Source of the DNA: Blasia pusilla | Taxonomy: Eukaryota | NCBI GenBank assembly: GCA_050084515.1 | Contig: CM114271.1 | Span: 45,198,001 to 45,262,000 of the forward strand | Direction of reading: 5' to 3' | Length of the DNA stretch: 64,000 nucleotides | In this document: positions 38,994 through 54,299 of the stretch, piece by piece | Position numbering within the stretch: position 1 is the stretch's first letter | Layout: each line of letters starts with the position of its first letter | Translations under genes and position numbers: made by a program | Notes under the pieces: generated by a model | Seen by the model: only the letters and a program-made list of their open reading frames with translations | Database searches by the model: none | Told to the model about the DNA's origin: nothing

Positions 38994-39192
38994 CTAGTGG
39001 GCAGCCCGTGCCATGGAGAGGAGTGAAGGGACTAATCATGTGGCATACAAAATCTTATTCTTGGTGCCCACAGAAGGGAAATTTTTTTCTTGTTGTTCCA
39101 AAATAGAAAATATTTTCTTGGTGCCCGATTGTCACATGTCAAGCAAAGAGGTGTTTACAAATCAAGAAGGCACTCTCCAATAATAATATAGA
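38994..39192 (-). mobile_element. 199-bp non-autonomous Helitron-like element
   Basis: Minus strand A|TCTATATTATTA ... GCACGGGCTGCCCACTAG|T: TC start, CTAG end, AT target, degenerate subterminal hairpin. Confidence 0.6.
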
Positions 39193-42100
39193 TTTTGACC
39201 ATTTTTTTCATACTAAAATGGGTCTTCATGTCAAAGGTTATTTTCATTGTATACATGTAAGAGCCACCATGAACATGAAAAATCAATTACTCTCATTCTT
39301 GTGTAGATCACATGCCTATGTCTAGAATACCCAAAAAGGGCTTGGAGGAAATTTAATTGCTATTCCCTTTCACCTTAAAAGTTTTCAGCTCTAATTACTT
39401 GGTAAATAATTATAGCCAAAAAATATTTTGAAAATAGAAAGGAATTTTTTTCCATGGAAGAATATACGTTTTTCTTTAACTTTTCTTTAACTATTTATTT
39501 CATCATCTTATGAGTTTTTATTACAATTTTAAGATACGTTTCACAAGGAATGGTAGGAAAATAATTAATGAGAATTAATTATTCGCATACCTGATATATT
39601 CTTTTCCAATAGTCTTGTCGACAATAAATAAGTGAGGGCATAGTAATGAAAATAAATGGTTTTAAAGTCTTCTATTTGTAAACTTCATTATGTAAGGAAA
39701 TAGGGGAAATGCAAAATTTCATCAACAATACACTTGGGGCCATTGTCTCCATCGCAAATTTGCGAAAAAACATAAATTCTCCAATGCTTATTAAGGCCCC
39801 TACATGTACTCCCATTTTTTTCCTCACACATATGGATTGCATCTACCCCAATGTAGATGCAGTTCACATGCGTAATCTATTGCAACTTGATCATCACTTG
39901 GATCTCATGATCTTGGGGCGCAAAATACTCCATCATTCTAGAGGTGAGCACCCTAATCGAGTTTGGTAGTATTATGGTGCTTATAAAATTCTTGATACCA
40001 TACGATTGCATATGCCTCTAACTTCAAGGAGACCTCGACTCCCCAACTAGCCTTAAGAACTTGGTAAGTCACAAAAAGGTGTTACACATAAGTCAATCAT
40101 TGATTGGGGTCTTTGATATTTATTTCAACCCAAAAAATGGGCATTTACTTCTTCACATTTCCCAATTGATACCTTGGTGATGAGACAAAAGTTTAGCTAC
40201 AAGCCATTGTGGTCTCCCCAACTTCATAGTCCATCTAGGCTTGTTGTTGCTCTTCCAACGCCTCATAGATGGGGAGTTAGATCTCATTGAATCTCAGGGG
40301 CGGTTAGACCTCCTACCACTTCTCTCCAAGTATTTGTGCTTGCCCTCTTCTTAATCAACGATGACTCCTTTGGGCTACCAACTTGGGTATCAAGCCCTTG
40401 AGATTGAGTTTCTCCAATGATTTGCCAAGAACTTCAAGAGAATATGTCTCACCAAACGACATTTCATCCCCAAATCCCTCATCCTGTTCATGTCTTTAAT
40501 TAAATATTTTAATTTTCTCAGAACCTCATGGGACATCTAGGCCTATTGGCTCATTCCCTCGATCCCCCAATTCCTCCCCATCTTGAGGTAGTTCCCATGA
40601 CCCTCTTCCTACTCTTTTTTGGCTTATCATTGTCTTAGCTATGGTTATTTCCTCCTCCAAAATCTCTTACTGATTTTGGCCTATTCAGTGGTGTGTTTTG
40701 AAATCATGTTGTAAATTTCAACTTCTATTACTCCTTACTAGCTCGTAAAGAGATCTTGACCTGGTCTTCCAAGTGGAAGTCTTGAGGTGAGCCTTAAAGA
40801 CTCAACCGATCATAAGTTTTTTAGGCAAGTCGGGGTATATGTAGTTGCAAAGCACTAAGCTCTTCTCATCCCCCTAAGGGAAATATTTTCTCCCTAGGAA
40901 TTCTCTTGCGCGAGCCTCGACCAATCTCTACAAATATCTCATCGAAGTGCGATGGTTAATTCCTCAAGAGGCATTACAAAGGGTTCTTTAGCTAAAATCT
41001 ATTTTTTAATCCCTTATTCCAAGACTTGAGTGAGTATGAAAAGAAAAGTCCCTCCCCATGATTACTGTCTAGGTTCTATAGGGAAATCCCACCTTTCTTA
41101 TCATCTATCCAAGCCCTTGGTCTTGGCCCACAACCCAAACATGGTTCGTATCCTATTAACCCCTAATATGACTTGGAAAAGGAATTCTCCAAGAAGATTC
41201 CACCCATCTTGACTTCTTCAAACTCACCTTGGGACCTAACTCTATATTTTGTGCATCTCATGGCTAGAGACTGTCTCAACTCTCGTCAATTGGCATCTAA
41301 TGGTTGTCTTGTCGCCCTTCGTATTTTGTGACTAGTCGTATGGCATCTCACCCTTCTTGAAAAATCCCATCTTCCTTACTACTCGTCCTTGACTCAAGAT
41401 TGGACTCGAAGATCTTATATCTTTCTTAGCTCGCTCTCACCTTCAAGAGTGGATACGCCTCTTTTCTTCGAAACTTAGTTTGTAGGCTCTCGTACATCTT
41501 GGCTAGTGTAATGGCACGAGAGGTTCTACTCCCCTTTCTAGTCTTGTGAGTAGCTAGTGTAGGTCTCAACTTCGGGTGGGTCACACTAAGGTCTCTCTTT
41601 CTTTGACTCACAAGCATGACTTGCTTCTCGAATCCCTGCTAGCGCGCATGGCCCCAAATTTTTAGCTCTTTGCAAAAAACTACCTCCACAATGGATTTAT
41701 ATGAGGGCCTACTTGTGGAGGCCATAAATAATCAACGAGTCTAAAATAAACAAGAGACCAATTTGAAGAGGTTGGGAAATTTCTCTCACAAAAATACCTC
41801 TTTATGTATCTAAATTTTCCGATTTTACTAAAATGTGGACCTTTCATATTTAATCATATACTTATTAGAGCTCCTCTACCAAGTTTCAATCAAGAGGCTC
41901 CGGCAAATCAACATGATATTATCTAGTAATAGTATAGTTTAAAAATTATCTAGTTTTGAATTAAATTTCCAATCACTTATTTTACAACTATGGCTTTGAA
42001 GCATCTCCTCGTCTCCAATAGTTCATCAAGTCCAATGTCATCCAAGAAAGCTTCGACAACAATTATAACCCGTCTGAATTTCTTTACGGCTTCTACATAC

Positions 42101-43784
42101 AACCGCTGTTCTTTTCTCTCACTATCTAACCTATCCACGTGTCTTTCATACGAGTATAATAACTAAGTCTCAAATTCCCCCTCTCAAGGCCGCACACTAG
42201 TTGATATTTTTAATCCCTTAACTCATCAAAAACGATTTCAAATATTTTCCCAAAGGCAACAATGAGCCTCATCCTACTTGTTCAAAAGTGTTGGAACTAA
42301 AACCAAATTGATTATGGGAAAATATCGAATGGAGTTGTTGGATTTGCCTTAAAATAGTACATGTTATTAAAACTTTCAAAACAAGACTTGTTTTACAAAC
42401 ACACATATGCGTGGCATGGCCGGCTAAAAATTCATAATCCTAGCCCGTTAACATCCCGTCTCATTTAAAACTGGTCACTACGTAATTCTTTCCTTTCTAT
42501 AAAGTATCTAAAAACCAGTTCGAACGCTGAGTTTACCGCTCCCGGTCGTAAAATACCGGCTCCCGTGGGGAAACTCCCCGGGCCCTGGTCTAACGGACGT
42601 CGTTTCTCAAAAGGTAAAAGCTTCCAATCGCTGTATTAAAGAAAACAGGAATATAAACTTTAATAGAAACGTTTGATGGACGGAGTGGAATCGACGACTA
42701 TAGATAGCGAAGCAAATACCTCCACCACCACCTTACGTCATGAGCGAAACGTGTGGTGGGGATAGGCCGGATCGATCTTGCACTTTCTCGCCGCACAAGA
42801 GGGAATCCGTTTGGCGATGGAACCCATACGCGTGGGGCAGGGGGCCGCGGGGCAGGGCAGTGCAGTGCAGTGGGGAGAGTGCAAGACAAAAAACGAAAGA
42901 AGGTTGGCCTACTGACACGTAGGCGATGACAGGCCGATTCCACCAATGATTGGGCTCCACGAGTACAAACTCCACATAAGTTCCGAGCGAACTACACCGT
43001 CAGCGGCATTCGCTGGAGTTGCTGGCGAACGTTCAAAGATCCCCCCCCCTCTGGGAGTTGCTGGCGGCGTTGAATCACCCGCGGCCAGGAGACCTAGAGG
43101 CGGCCGCCTCAGGGTTTTCAGAGAATCGCGGGCGGGCGGGCGGGCGGGCTGGCTCTGATCGGACCCACCCGGAAGCCGTTCCGTGATTCCATCTAACGTG
43201 TTGGATGCGGCGTGTCAGTCAACAGCAGGTTCTTTGCAGGTTAGGGCGTCTTACCATATCCATGCGCACGCTTCGAAGTGAAGTGGAAGCTTACCTATGA
43301 GGGTGACAATTAGCACCAAGTTTCCGCTCTACATGAATAGCGATGATGTTCGAGTTCATCTATAATGCATCGGCATCAAAATTTACCATATATAAATAAT
43401 CATAGCTATTAATTTCTAAAAAATAACATAACTGTTTATCTATTTTCATAAAGAATTCGTGACAAGTCACGAATTCTTGGAATTCTTTTGCATCCAGCTT
43501 GCTTGAAGATTTTGAGAGCGTTTGTGATAGAGTTTAAAAATTCTGCAGTGGGATGACCAAGTCGCTTTGAGGGCTCAAAATTGTCATTGATTCATCCGAA
43601 CTGATGTAAAACCACCGGGCTGCACACTTCCTGAAATCTCCTCTGTCAAATGGAGAAAACCCAAGCGGAAGCTAAGACGATAGTAAAATAGTCCAAACCA
43701 AATCCGACCTGGAGATAGAGATTTACCTTCTTTGGCCGATAAGCTTTCTCCAAATTTTCCAACACCTTGACGCTGCGTCCACTT

Positions 43785-44175
43785 TTCCACCACCTTCTTC
43801 ATTTTCTTAGACACCTATGTTGAGGCTACTCCAACTTAGAGATGCGGCTGATTTATTTGCAAAAAGATAGAGGTAGGGAGTTCACAGGTGTCTTAATACG
43901 ACTGGTTACTCCAAAAGTTTCCTCTTCTACTTCCAAACTGACAAGTGTCCCCTTAAAATCAGAAAAAATCTGGTCTCATTCAAATATAAGGCAGTGGAAA
44001 ATCTCACTTTTGGTTCAAATAGAAGCCCTCGGAAAGTTTCCCATAGATTTGAATTTTTTTTTTTGTTTTAACTTTTTTTTGCTAAGTAGTCATTTCTGCT
44101 AAGTAGCCATTTCACATGAATACTTCTGAAGGGCTTCATTTCTTTGGGAAAAATTTACCAAAAGAGGTAACCCCC
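43785..44175. repeat. Dispersed repeat, copy 2 (see 16250-16590)
   Basis: Same shared blocks in the same order. Confidence 0.7.
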
Positions 44176-46620
44176 GCGCGACCCCAAGGTTGCAAGTGGA
44201 GAAAGTCCGTGTTCGTGGACATGTCCATATCCGTGGACTAATGTCCTTCCTATGGAAGGACTTGTCTGTATGGGCTCCACCTTTCCCTTCTTTCTCATTC
44301 CCCTTACTTGCCTTCATGTTCCATACTCCCCCATTTCTTCCTCCCTCCACCTCCACTCCCTCCTCACTAATTGCTCATCTCATCCTTGCATTGCCTATAA
44401 GAAGTGAAGTTGAAAAAAATTGGTCTTACTTTATGATCTCCGAGGGATTATTTTTCCAAGACTATTTTTCCTTTTTCGATCTGATATAATCTAAATAGAG
44501 CATACTCGTGTTATGCCTTCATTTGTAGGGTCAAAGAGGGTGTACAAATATTAGTATTGCATTTGTTGTGTGGATTTTTAGTTACATGTGTCATTCGAAG
44601 GGCAAACACAATCGTTTTCACACATATATGTGTGATAGTTGTGATAATAACTTTTGTATAATTGTGGAGCCCGCTATATTTTCCAAAACCAAAGTTGGAT
44701 TCAAGGGAGTTGTAACCATAAGTGCAAGGCAATTTGGAGATACTTGTTGAGGAAAAGTTGGAGCTATGGAAAAAGGGAAAGTTGGAGCTTTGGTAGAGGG
44801 CAAATTTTCAAATTTTATTTTGGATGCGTGTGACAATTTAGGATAGTTACTCTTGGGAATGCATATGACTTGATCTTGACGATCATCAGGATTCCATTTT
44901 TTTCTCACTAGGAATTTTAGGGACATCACATATTCCCTGCACTTTACATCTCCCTTGAATTGCTTCCTCCCCTACATCATATTCCTCAAAAAACATTCAT
45001 CATCTTCTTCTACCCGTAATGGCAAACTGCTTCCTAAATCCTATTGCTACAAAGAACGATTTCATGACTGTCTCGTTATAAAGAACAATTTCACGGTTGT
45101 CTCGTTGGGCTCAGATGATCACATGATCCAAAAATCCACTGTGCGAATTGGAATCTTCAACGCATTGCCCTACATGCAAAGACGATATACAATTGCAATG
45201 TAATCCCTTAAATTCTTCGACAAGTCCGCGTGATGTCATGGTAGATGAGGTATACGGCGAATTTTATTGAGGCATTAGAAGGGTCTTGTACTTCCCTATT
45301 TTGAGAGGTCATATATGACCTGTGCAAGTGCACAAAACGAGGGCCATGGAGAGTTGGCATGTAGCAGTAGGTAGAGTGATGGAGTTGTCTTATTTTCCAA
45401 TTGCATATCTTGAATGAACCGTAGAGCTCCTGATTTTTGTAGCGCATTGAACCATTGACTATAATAAGGCCCCATATGGATATTTTAGAGCCATCTATCC
45501 GAGAAGGAAGCAGATGGGCACAAGTTTGAGGCAAACAAACATCCCATAGAGGCACGAGTGCACACAAAGTATTAGACAGTGGCTGGAAAGGTGAAACCAA
45601 TTGCTACTCAACTACCAAAGGGCTATGGGAAACAAGTAGAATGTGCATCAATAGAGCCAAATCTATAGGAACAGAAGGAAGATAGGACAAAAGTTCATAG
45701 AAGAGACGCTAGATCGTCTGCAAATTGGAGGGAATGAGTTTCTTACTGAAATTGAAAGAAAAAGCTTTCAAGAGATGTGAAGAAGACATGGTGAGGCCTT
45801 CTCTTTTACTATACAAAAAAATTCGTTGTGTAGACACAAGTGTGGTGGTACCAATGGTACTTTTCACATTTCCACATGTATGGGTTTCAAATCCACGAGC
45901 TATGATTCCCAAGCTGATCGTGGTAGAGATATGGACTTCAAATCCCAAGGCACATGTGACATTGTGAAAAATTACTATTGGTGCCACCACACTCGAGAGG
46001 GTGTACCTTGGGATTTGAAACCCATATCTATACCACGAGCTATGATTCCCAAGTTGATTGAGGTATAAATATGGCACTAGAAGGAAACATGTCCATCGCC
46101 ACTAAAATATATAACTAGTTTTAGTGCATATGTATAATATACAACTGATGCAACTAGTTTTGTACCCAGTTGCAAGGGACTAGTCATATAGAACTTTAGT
46201 CTCAAGCACTCCACAGTGTCTTGATGATGTGTCTATTGACTAGAATGGTTTTTTCTAGTCGTTTTGGACATGAGAAGTGTCTTGTCACTCTTAACATATA
46301 TGATATATCATAATTAATAGAATGATGTGGCTAACGTCTACATGTTACTAAATGTAGTAATTTTGAATATGAAGAGGTGATATGGTGATGACACAAGGAC
46401 CAATTTATTTTTTTGATTATCTAATTCGAGAATGTGCACTAGCTATAGTGCTCGAAGATAAACTTTATCCCATAATATGTTGACATGTGTCACGTACGAT
46501 ATCCTCATGGTAGCATAGTTGTCCTTCTTTGACTAACAATAGTACATTATAACTAAAAATAGTTGCATCCATAGCACTACATGGTATTTTGAAGTACCTC
46601 TTAATATTGAGTAGTATGCA

Positions 46621-46770
46621 TAGTGCTAGTAAATACTATTGGTAGTATTGAGTACAAGGAGTAGTGCTAGTAAATACTCTTGGTAATATTGATTACTAGA
46701 AGTAGTGCTTGTAAATACTATTGGTAGTAATGAGTACTAGATTTAGTGCTAGTAAATGCTATTGGTAGTA
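46621..46770. repeat. 41-bp tandem repeat, ~3.7 copies
   Basis: TAGTGCT starts at 46621, 46662, 46703, 46744. Confidence 0.85.
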
Positions 46771-48918
46771 TAGTGCTCAACCATGTACTATTACCAATGC
46801 TATACCTATTGATGGAGAATTTTTAGCACTATTTTGCGACTTTTACTTTTTTTGGGTGTGAAATGTCATATTACAATATGCTTTAAATTCAGGTTGTGAT
46901 ACATTGGAAGTTGTAGTTCAGACTTTAAAATATTAGAAATGAATTCTGCCAAGCATTCCTAACAACCTCTATATGCATCAAATAGAAGAAGACAAAATCT
47001 GGAAAATGCACCAAGTTTTCTGGACTTGAGATTGTATAAAGTATAACAGGATAGACAATATGTTCAAGAAACCAGGGATGATTAAGAAACATGTAATGGG
47101 AAATTTGTTCCTTTCAATAGTGGCAATATTGTTGTTGAATTGCAATATTGTTTAAGAATCCAAAGAGGTGGTAAGGTCTTAACTTTGATTGTGAAAAAAA
47201 AGCCAATTACAAATCATACGCATGATCTTTGAATCTGAAAAGAGATCAAGAATCCAAGTGATGGTGGCATTAAAGTGCCATTGTGTTATCACCAAATATG
47301 CCAAAACCAAGTATCTAACACCTTCACATTGTCATCCAAAAAACATATGTTCCAACTTCTCTTAACAGTACTTCATAACCTACTCCAATGGGCACTCTTT
47401 TTGGAGCAATCTCTGAGGCCATAAGATCTGAGACCCAACAGATTCCTTCAAGGGAAATTATGGAGGATCATCTTCATGATTCGGATATGGTAGCTATCCT
47501 TCACCGTTGAGAATAATCTTCACATCAATTCTCACACATCCAAATGGAATTTCTTTCCCAAAGATCTTATCCAAACCTGCAAGACCTGATACATATCCTT
47601 CTCCCACACGTTGGCGAGTGTTCTTGTTTTGCTTCATCAAGACATAATAACCTACCACAAGCTGATGGGAGCATTAAGACAAACACTTTAGAAAAATCAA
47701 TACATATTAGGTTGCCTTCAGTGTATAGAATTCATAGACATACAAGAAAGTCAAGTAGATCACTATCTGAACCATGGAATTTACCTTTAAAATGTTCCAA
47801 CCATTCTTAGGAAGGTTGGAAGAACATAAAAATGGCCAAGAAATAAAGTATCACTGATCTTTTGTGAATGTGATATGAACATGAAAGAAAGTGGAAGCTA
47901 GAAGACAATTAAAGAACAACATCCCAAGAAATTACTACTTACAACTATCTTCTCTTTCTTCTATGTGCGAGATTCCTTTATCTTCTTTAAAAGGACTTGC
48001 TTTGGTTGGATACCTCTTGTTATATCATGTTCCATCTGAAATTGTGCCTTGGAACCCAAGATTGGCTCATGTACCTTGTCTATTTGTTGCAAGGAATCAT
48101 ATTTCTCCCCAACCCCAATCTGATGTTCTACACTGGAAGTCACAAAGGAGATATGGATGGAAATGTTTGAGGTTCCCAAATTTCCATCAATGACCTCTAC
48201 ATCCCAACCTCTGTAGGCACACTCTCTTTAACTTGTACATTCAATTGAGGAGTAGAAGAAGGCAGAGGGTCTATAGATGCGTCCTTGGTGATCTTGGAAA
48301 GCATTTCTTGAATTAAATTCAAGGTCTCCCTTATAGCTTTCAACTCACTCTTAGTAGACTCTCCCTCCTTCTCTATATTGTCCAACCGATGTGTCAAAGT
48401 AGAACCAGATCCCTACACAAGAAGAGTTTCATCAAAACACATCTTAGTGACTATGTGATCCTATTAAAAATCATACACTTATGCTCCTAATGAGAGAACA
48501 AAAATAGTAGAACCAGAAAATTCAAGCTTAGAAACTTGATTGAAAGTTTGAAAACTATTTACTTTACTGCTTATAGTATTATGACTAGGTCCAACTCCAC
48601 TGGTCCCTAGCGATTCTACCAACTCATTTGACGAAGGGCTTTCACCTCTTTCCTTCTTCTACAAGTTTAAACCCAAATACCACAAAAAGTATAATCAATA
48701 TCAAAATGATCTTAACACTAGTCAATCACTAAAGTTGAATTACCCATATACTAAAGAATACAAACTTTTCATCAACTTTATCACTCAAATTTCATATGCA
48801 TGGAATTTCTTTGAATATGGTGGAAAATGGAGTGAGGATTTGAATGGATTACATACGAAGGAATGTTTCACTCCTTTGTGACCAGTTCGACCGGTCCTCT
48901 TAGGGCGCTCAACCTTTC

Positions 48919-49112
48919 CTCCATTCATGTTCATCCTTGCTGATTTTTCCTTTCCCTTAGGTGAGAGCTAATATGTTTTGAGGGGTTCCCAAGTTTTAGG
49001 AAGTACATGTGGAGGCTCCATTCATCTTCATCCTTTCTGATTTTTCCTTTATCTCTGGTGAGAGCTAATATATTTTGAGCGGTTCCCAAGTTTTAGGAAG
49101 TACATGTGGAGG
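48919..49112. repeat. 97-bp tandem duplication
   Basis: Units 48919-49015 and 49016-49112, both CTCCATTCAT...TACATGTGGAGG. Confidence 0.9.
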
Positions 49113-49162
49113 AGTTGGGAATTCCATGCTAAGACCTGAAGTATAGAAGAGTCTTTTCAAAT

Positions 49163-49301
<139 letters not shown>

Positions 49302-52300
49302 ATGATATTTTCCAATGTTGACTTTAAAAAGCGATCACTTAGCTCATTCCCTACATACTCCCAACCCTCATCCATCTCCCTTCTTATAGTTCTGATGTCA
49401 AACTCAAATTTCTTAGCCACATCACGTGTACTAAGGTCCAAACATGGAAGGGCACAAACCTTCAATTTATCATGCCATGCAGTCTTTCTGACATAACCGG
49501 ATATGATTTCACCTAAAGATGTAACTTCAACTCTTGGTTTTAAACCTCTCTTGATAAGAGACTTTGTAGTTTTCTTCCATTGTCTAAGGCTTTCCCAACG
49601 AAGATGTCGAGCTTTAGAGCTTGGTGTAACATCATTACCAATTTGAAGTGAAACATTCACGAAGCGTTCTAAAATAAGGAGAGGGACCAATTGCATCAAA
49701 CGATAGAGTTGCATATGTACTCGTTTAAAGTCTGATTGAATATAAGACATACTTACCACTTGGAGGATTAAGACCTCTAGGATGGTGTCTGGGAGACTTC
49801 TTGTTGTTTACTGTTGTGGGCAGCTCCTGTGATAGATTTGAGATGCCATGAGTGGCCCCATTCCATAGTATGGATTTGGTGGATAATAGGAACCAAGATC
49901 TCTTATGAATGACATACAATAAAAAAGCATACAGTGATAATAATCATTAGATCACTAGAAGCTTATAATATTAAAATAACTATAAATAGTGATCTTCCAC
50001 ATACCTGGCGGGACAGACCATTGTGGAAATCTTGGATATGGAGGTATGGACCATTTTTTGGCTTGTGGCATGATGTAGGAAACATCTCCAACCATAGGTG
50101 GCACCTCCTAGTAAGGCGACCGGATATTCAACATCAACGAAGGTGGTTTAAAATAAAAATGACATGTTCAACTCCTAGTAATATACTACATGGAAGTGAT
50201 GTTATCTAATAAATAAATAATCACAAAAGAATATTTTCAAACATTTTCACTCAAAGATGTTAGTACCAGATTGTAAGTTCATCTTTTGTCGATTCAATTT
50301 GGCTCGCTTCTTTACAGGATGTGGTGATGGCACTTTGGATGGTGATTTGCCTACACGAGGTAGTTTTTATGATGGCGACTTAGAGGATTCCTTATCAATT
50401 GTCACATCAAACTCACCATTTGATTCGAATAGGTCATATGAATACTCCTCTGATTGATCAATTGATTCATCCATGGTCTCCTCTAGACTACGTTGTCGAG
50501 TGTGATATTTCTTTGAAGGGATTGAAGATCCTACTCGCTCACTACTCAAATTTCTTGGAAGTTGAACTTTAGGATCTAGACTTGGGATTGCTTCCATGTA
50601 AACAATGTGAAATATTCATGTCAATAACAAGTTCAGCCCACATTGCAATATCAGAAAAAATAAATTTTGACGATACATACAGATAAAATATGAGAAAAAA
50701 CATACATGGTTCCAATAAGCACTTCAACACATGCAAGGGTTACCAAAGGTGTGGAAGCATACCATTCAAAAGTATATGCTAGTAGAACAAACATTGATTC
50801 TTCTCCATAACTTTATCAAGAAAAAAAACTAGACCACTAATCGGAACTTCTTGCCGAGTTCTAATGTTCACTCCCTCACAAGTTTGCATTGCTCCTCCCT
50901 AGCACGATAGTATTCAAGGTCCTCACATGTAGGACCATCTTCTTTGATAGTACCACATTCCAGATTGTTAGACATGCTATTTCCCCAAGTGTTGCTCCAC
51001 TATACGGTGTGCTATAGTGGAGTTGAAGGTTCTCTTCCAACGAAAGATCTTCATCGAGACGGATGGAGAATCCATGATAACTAAGGAATAGTGATAATGG
51101 GAAATCACATAACCAGATGGGTAAGAGACTACATGTGAGCATATTAGTTAAGGTGCTAACATTGAATATTTGAAACTCGCTCAATCTTACAATATTTAGT
51201 TACACTACATTAGCTCTTTCAACATGTTTTCAAGCTTTAGAGCCTATGAAAGCAATATGGTCCGCCATTTCCTTTCAATAAATTTTAATTAAAATAGAAT
51301 CTATTTCTATCTTCTCATATAACAAGAAGATAGAAATACAATCAAAGTTGCAATATGAAGTTTGATCACTTTCTGGTTTAGTCGTTAGACTCATCGTCTG
51401 ACATTACATTAGAAGAAATCCCTTGTTTGATGACTAGGTTATATAACTCATATGAGTCGTATATTACATACCACAACTAATATTTACTAAAGACTACTCT
51501 AGACACAAAAGTCGAGTCATATTTGTCCGGAAATTGGGGTAACTAAGATAGCCGGCTTAGCTGGACATCGGTTCGTGACTAGAGGGTGTAGTCATAAGTC
51601 CATGACTGACACGTCACCTTGACGACATGGAATAATGACACATCAACATATGATGTGGAATAATTGGTGTGGCATGGACTATGGAATACAACTCGTGTAG
51701 TCATATACTGGGTATCAAACTAGTTATCACCAATGACTATTCGAGTCATGTTTAGTCATAAAAATATACACAATACTCAATGATAATGTGAGAGGTGTAT
51801 CTCGTGAACATGGAATACACTTGGCGGTAATAGTCATGTCTCCACGAGTCATTAAATTTTTGGATTATGTCGTCCTTAGCAACTCATGTTATCCTTTCTA
51901 TTTTTTCGCATCCCGCGGAGACTCATGTAGACACGTTTAGTCACTCGCCGAGAAGTTGCGCATGACTAGAGTAGAAGGCCCTACAATTTGTGTAGACACA
52001 ATGATACGACTATGGAAGTTGTAGGCAAGAGCAAATGGGTCATATAATCATTGCAATATGACTGAATGAGTCATTCTTAGTGACTAGGTAGGAATGGAAG
52101 CTCACTGTGCCAGTAATATTAATATGATTGGTAGTGAATGTAGATTTCAATTTCGGAGTTTTTGATGAGTTTATAAATGTCTTCTAGAAGATCTTCCAAT
52201 TATGATTGGATCTTAATTACTTAAATCCAGGTTTCCATTGTTGTTGGAATGCAATACAAAAGTTCTGAAGTTTCTTAAGCTCTACTTTTTTGTGTTCTGA

Positions 52301-54299
52301 ATTGGATTACTCAAATCATTGGAAGACATTCACATTTGCGAACACATAAGCGACTTACAATTTTTAAATCAAATGCATAATAACAAGTTGATATCAATAG
52401 GATCTTGGCACTTCAACTACAACCATATTGTGCATGGACACTAATAGTGGCGTTACGAAATGTTGTTGAGCCAAGACATGCATTTTTCAGAATTCAGATG
52501 AGATAGAATAGAACATCCTATTATAAATAGATCATTGCAGTAAACCAAACATGCAACAGACATAAGGAAACTTATGAGATTAGAATGCAAAGTATGGTCC
52601 CTCAACAAGGAGAAAGGAGTCGTCTGCAAAAAAACACAAAATAGGAAAGGTTTGAAGAAAAAACAACAACACATGGATTGCTTTACTTTAAGATAAAAAA
52701 TCAGATCCACTAGTTTTACTGATACTCATTATCAGCGTGCTAGATAGATGTCTCCTACCCACAGAAGTCACCCACAAGAAAAGAAAACCAGAGTGCACCT
52801 CTTAAGGAGTCGGGTGGCAAGAGGAGTGATAACTCTAATGTATCACCTTCCTCATATGCATCTCTGCCCAGAGCATGCTTGAGCCTAGAGCATCACAAAA
52901 CATTTCTTATGCAAGTTCGTGTGCCATATTGGGCATCCATAGTGCATCTTCTGGATCGAACATTTCAATGAGATCGACCCTAACCATGGCTAGGGGAATA
53001 TCTTTAGCATGAAACTTGTCCCTGCCATCAAAACCTGAAATGATCCCCAAACCTACTACCATTCCACTCAACTTTGGCTTGATGAGTAGTACGTGATCTC
53101 CAATTCACAACTTCAAGAATATAAAGGAAGGGAAAATAGTTAGTACATATTCAAAGCATGCCTACATGTACCTGCGCTAGCAGCCTGAAAAAACTACTTT
53201 GAATTACCTGTTTGAAAGACCATCTCCATTTCGGAAGAACATGCGAAAAGTTTATAAGTCTAGCTTACACGTTCATTTACCTATCCACAACAAGAAGTAT
53301 CAGTATGGTCGTAAGAAATGCAATAGAAGAGGCCGTTGAGGTAAGAATAATTACCTTGGTATGTCTCTTGGATGAGCCACATCTGATTTCACTTTCTTGC
53401 TCATTTGGTCCATCAGATTGAAGCATAGACTTCCATCGTTTAGCTGGTGATGATTTTCCCTGGTTGTCCATACTCAGGTTTTATGCGGGCAATCCAAATT
53501 GTTTAGTCAAATGAATTGAAACGGGAAAGATGACCCACAAGATCAGATTGATTGGAAACCATGCAAATGATCCATTTTCAAGTTAATTATCCCATTCTTA
53601 CGAGTAGTCCGAGTTGTATCACCATTTGCGCTTTCAGTTGTGCTTATCCTCTTCCCTGTCCGATCTGGATCTCCAATGAAAAACCCAAGTTTAGTATGGT
53701 GAGCTATGGTTTTCATAGCCTTAGACAGAGTGTATGAAGTTCTGGTTGTCATAACCACAGAAAGAATTTTAATCGTTTGACAAGTTTAAATATTTGATAA
53801 AGCTAAAGACAGTCCTTACCACTAGAGTGCGTAGTTGGCAATTCCTCTGTTTGTGATGATATCTTCCTCTTCCCATATTGATCTATTCGTGTTTCAAAAG
53901 TTGGATTAGGTGCATGATTGTAAGTTACCCAAAAAAAAGAGGTATACTTCCAAAAATACTCATGTAGGAAAGACCATCCACTTATTTGTAATTGAAAATA
54001 TGGCAGAAAACTAGGACATAGTAGGTGGAAATGTTTACTATAAATATACTACAATGTAAAGTTACCTGACGGTATATTATCATTCCCTGTTGCAGATGGT
54101 AGTGACTTTGGGGGCGGGGTACTTAAAGTATCTTGTGGTGTTGAAGGCATGTCTCGAGAGGTGAGCTTTGACACCATCTCCATAAGCACACCCAGTGCTT
54201 TGTTCTGCCGCTCCATCTGTAACTTGACATCATCCAGATCTACACTCCACTTCTTTTCACTTCTTCCAATTGAATAGTGACCCTGGATTCCACACTCTA

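Noticed and set aside
37740-41650. Gag-like remnants (e.g. ORF 37836-38135)
   Set aside because: Probably old retroelement debris, but too degraded to assign or delimit.
42567-42586. GGAAACTCCCCGGGCC resembles the RNase MRP CR-I motif GGAAAGUCCCCGGGCC
   Set aside because: One mismatch in the core, and no downstream AACGGGGCUUAC-type partner or Pol III terminator was found.
45000-45620. Possible transposase fragment
   Set aside because: Hand translation gave no convincing motif in the frames examined.
46621-46770. CRISPR-like periodicity
   Set aside because: Whole 41-bp units repeat with no unique spacers, no cas genes, eukaryotic context.
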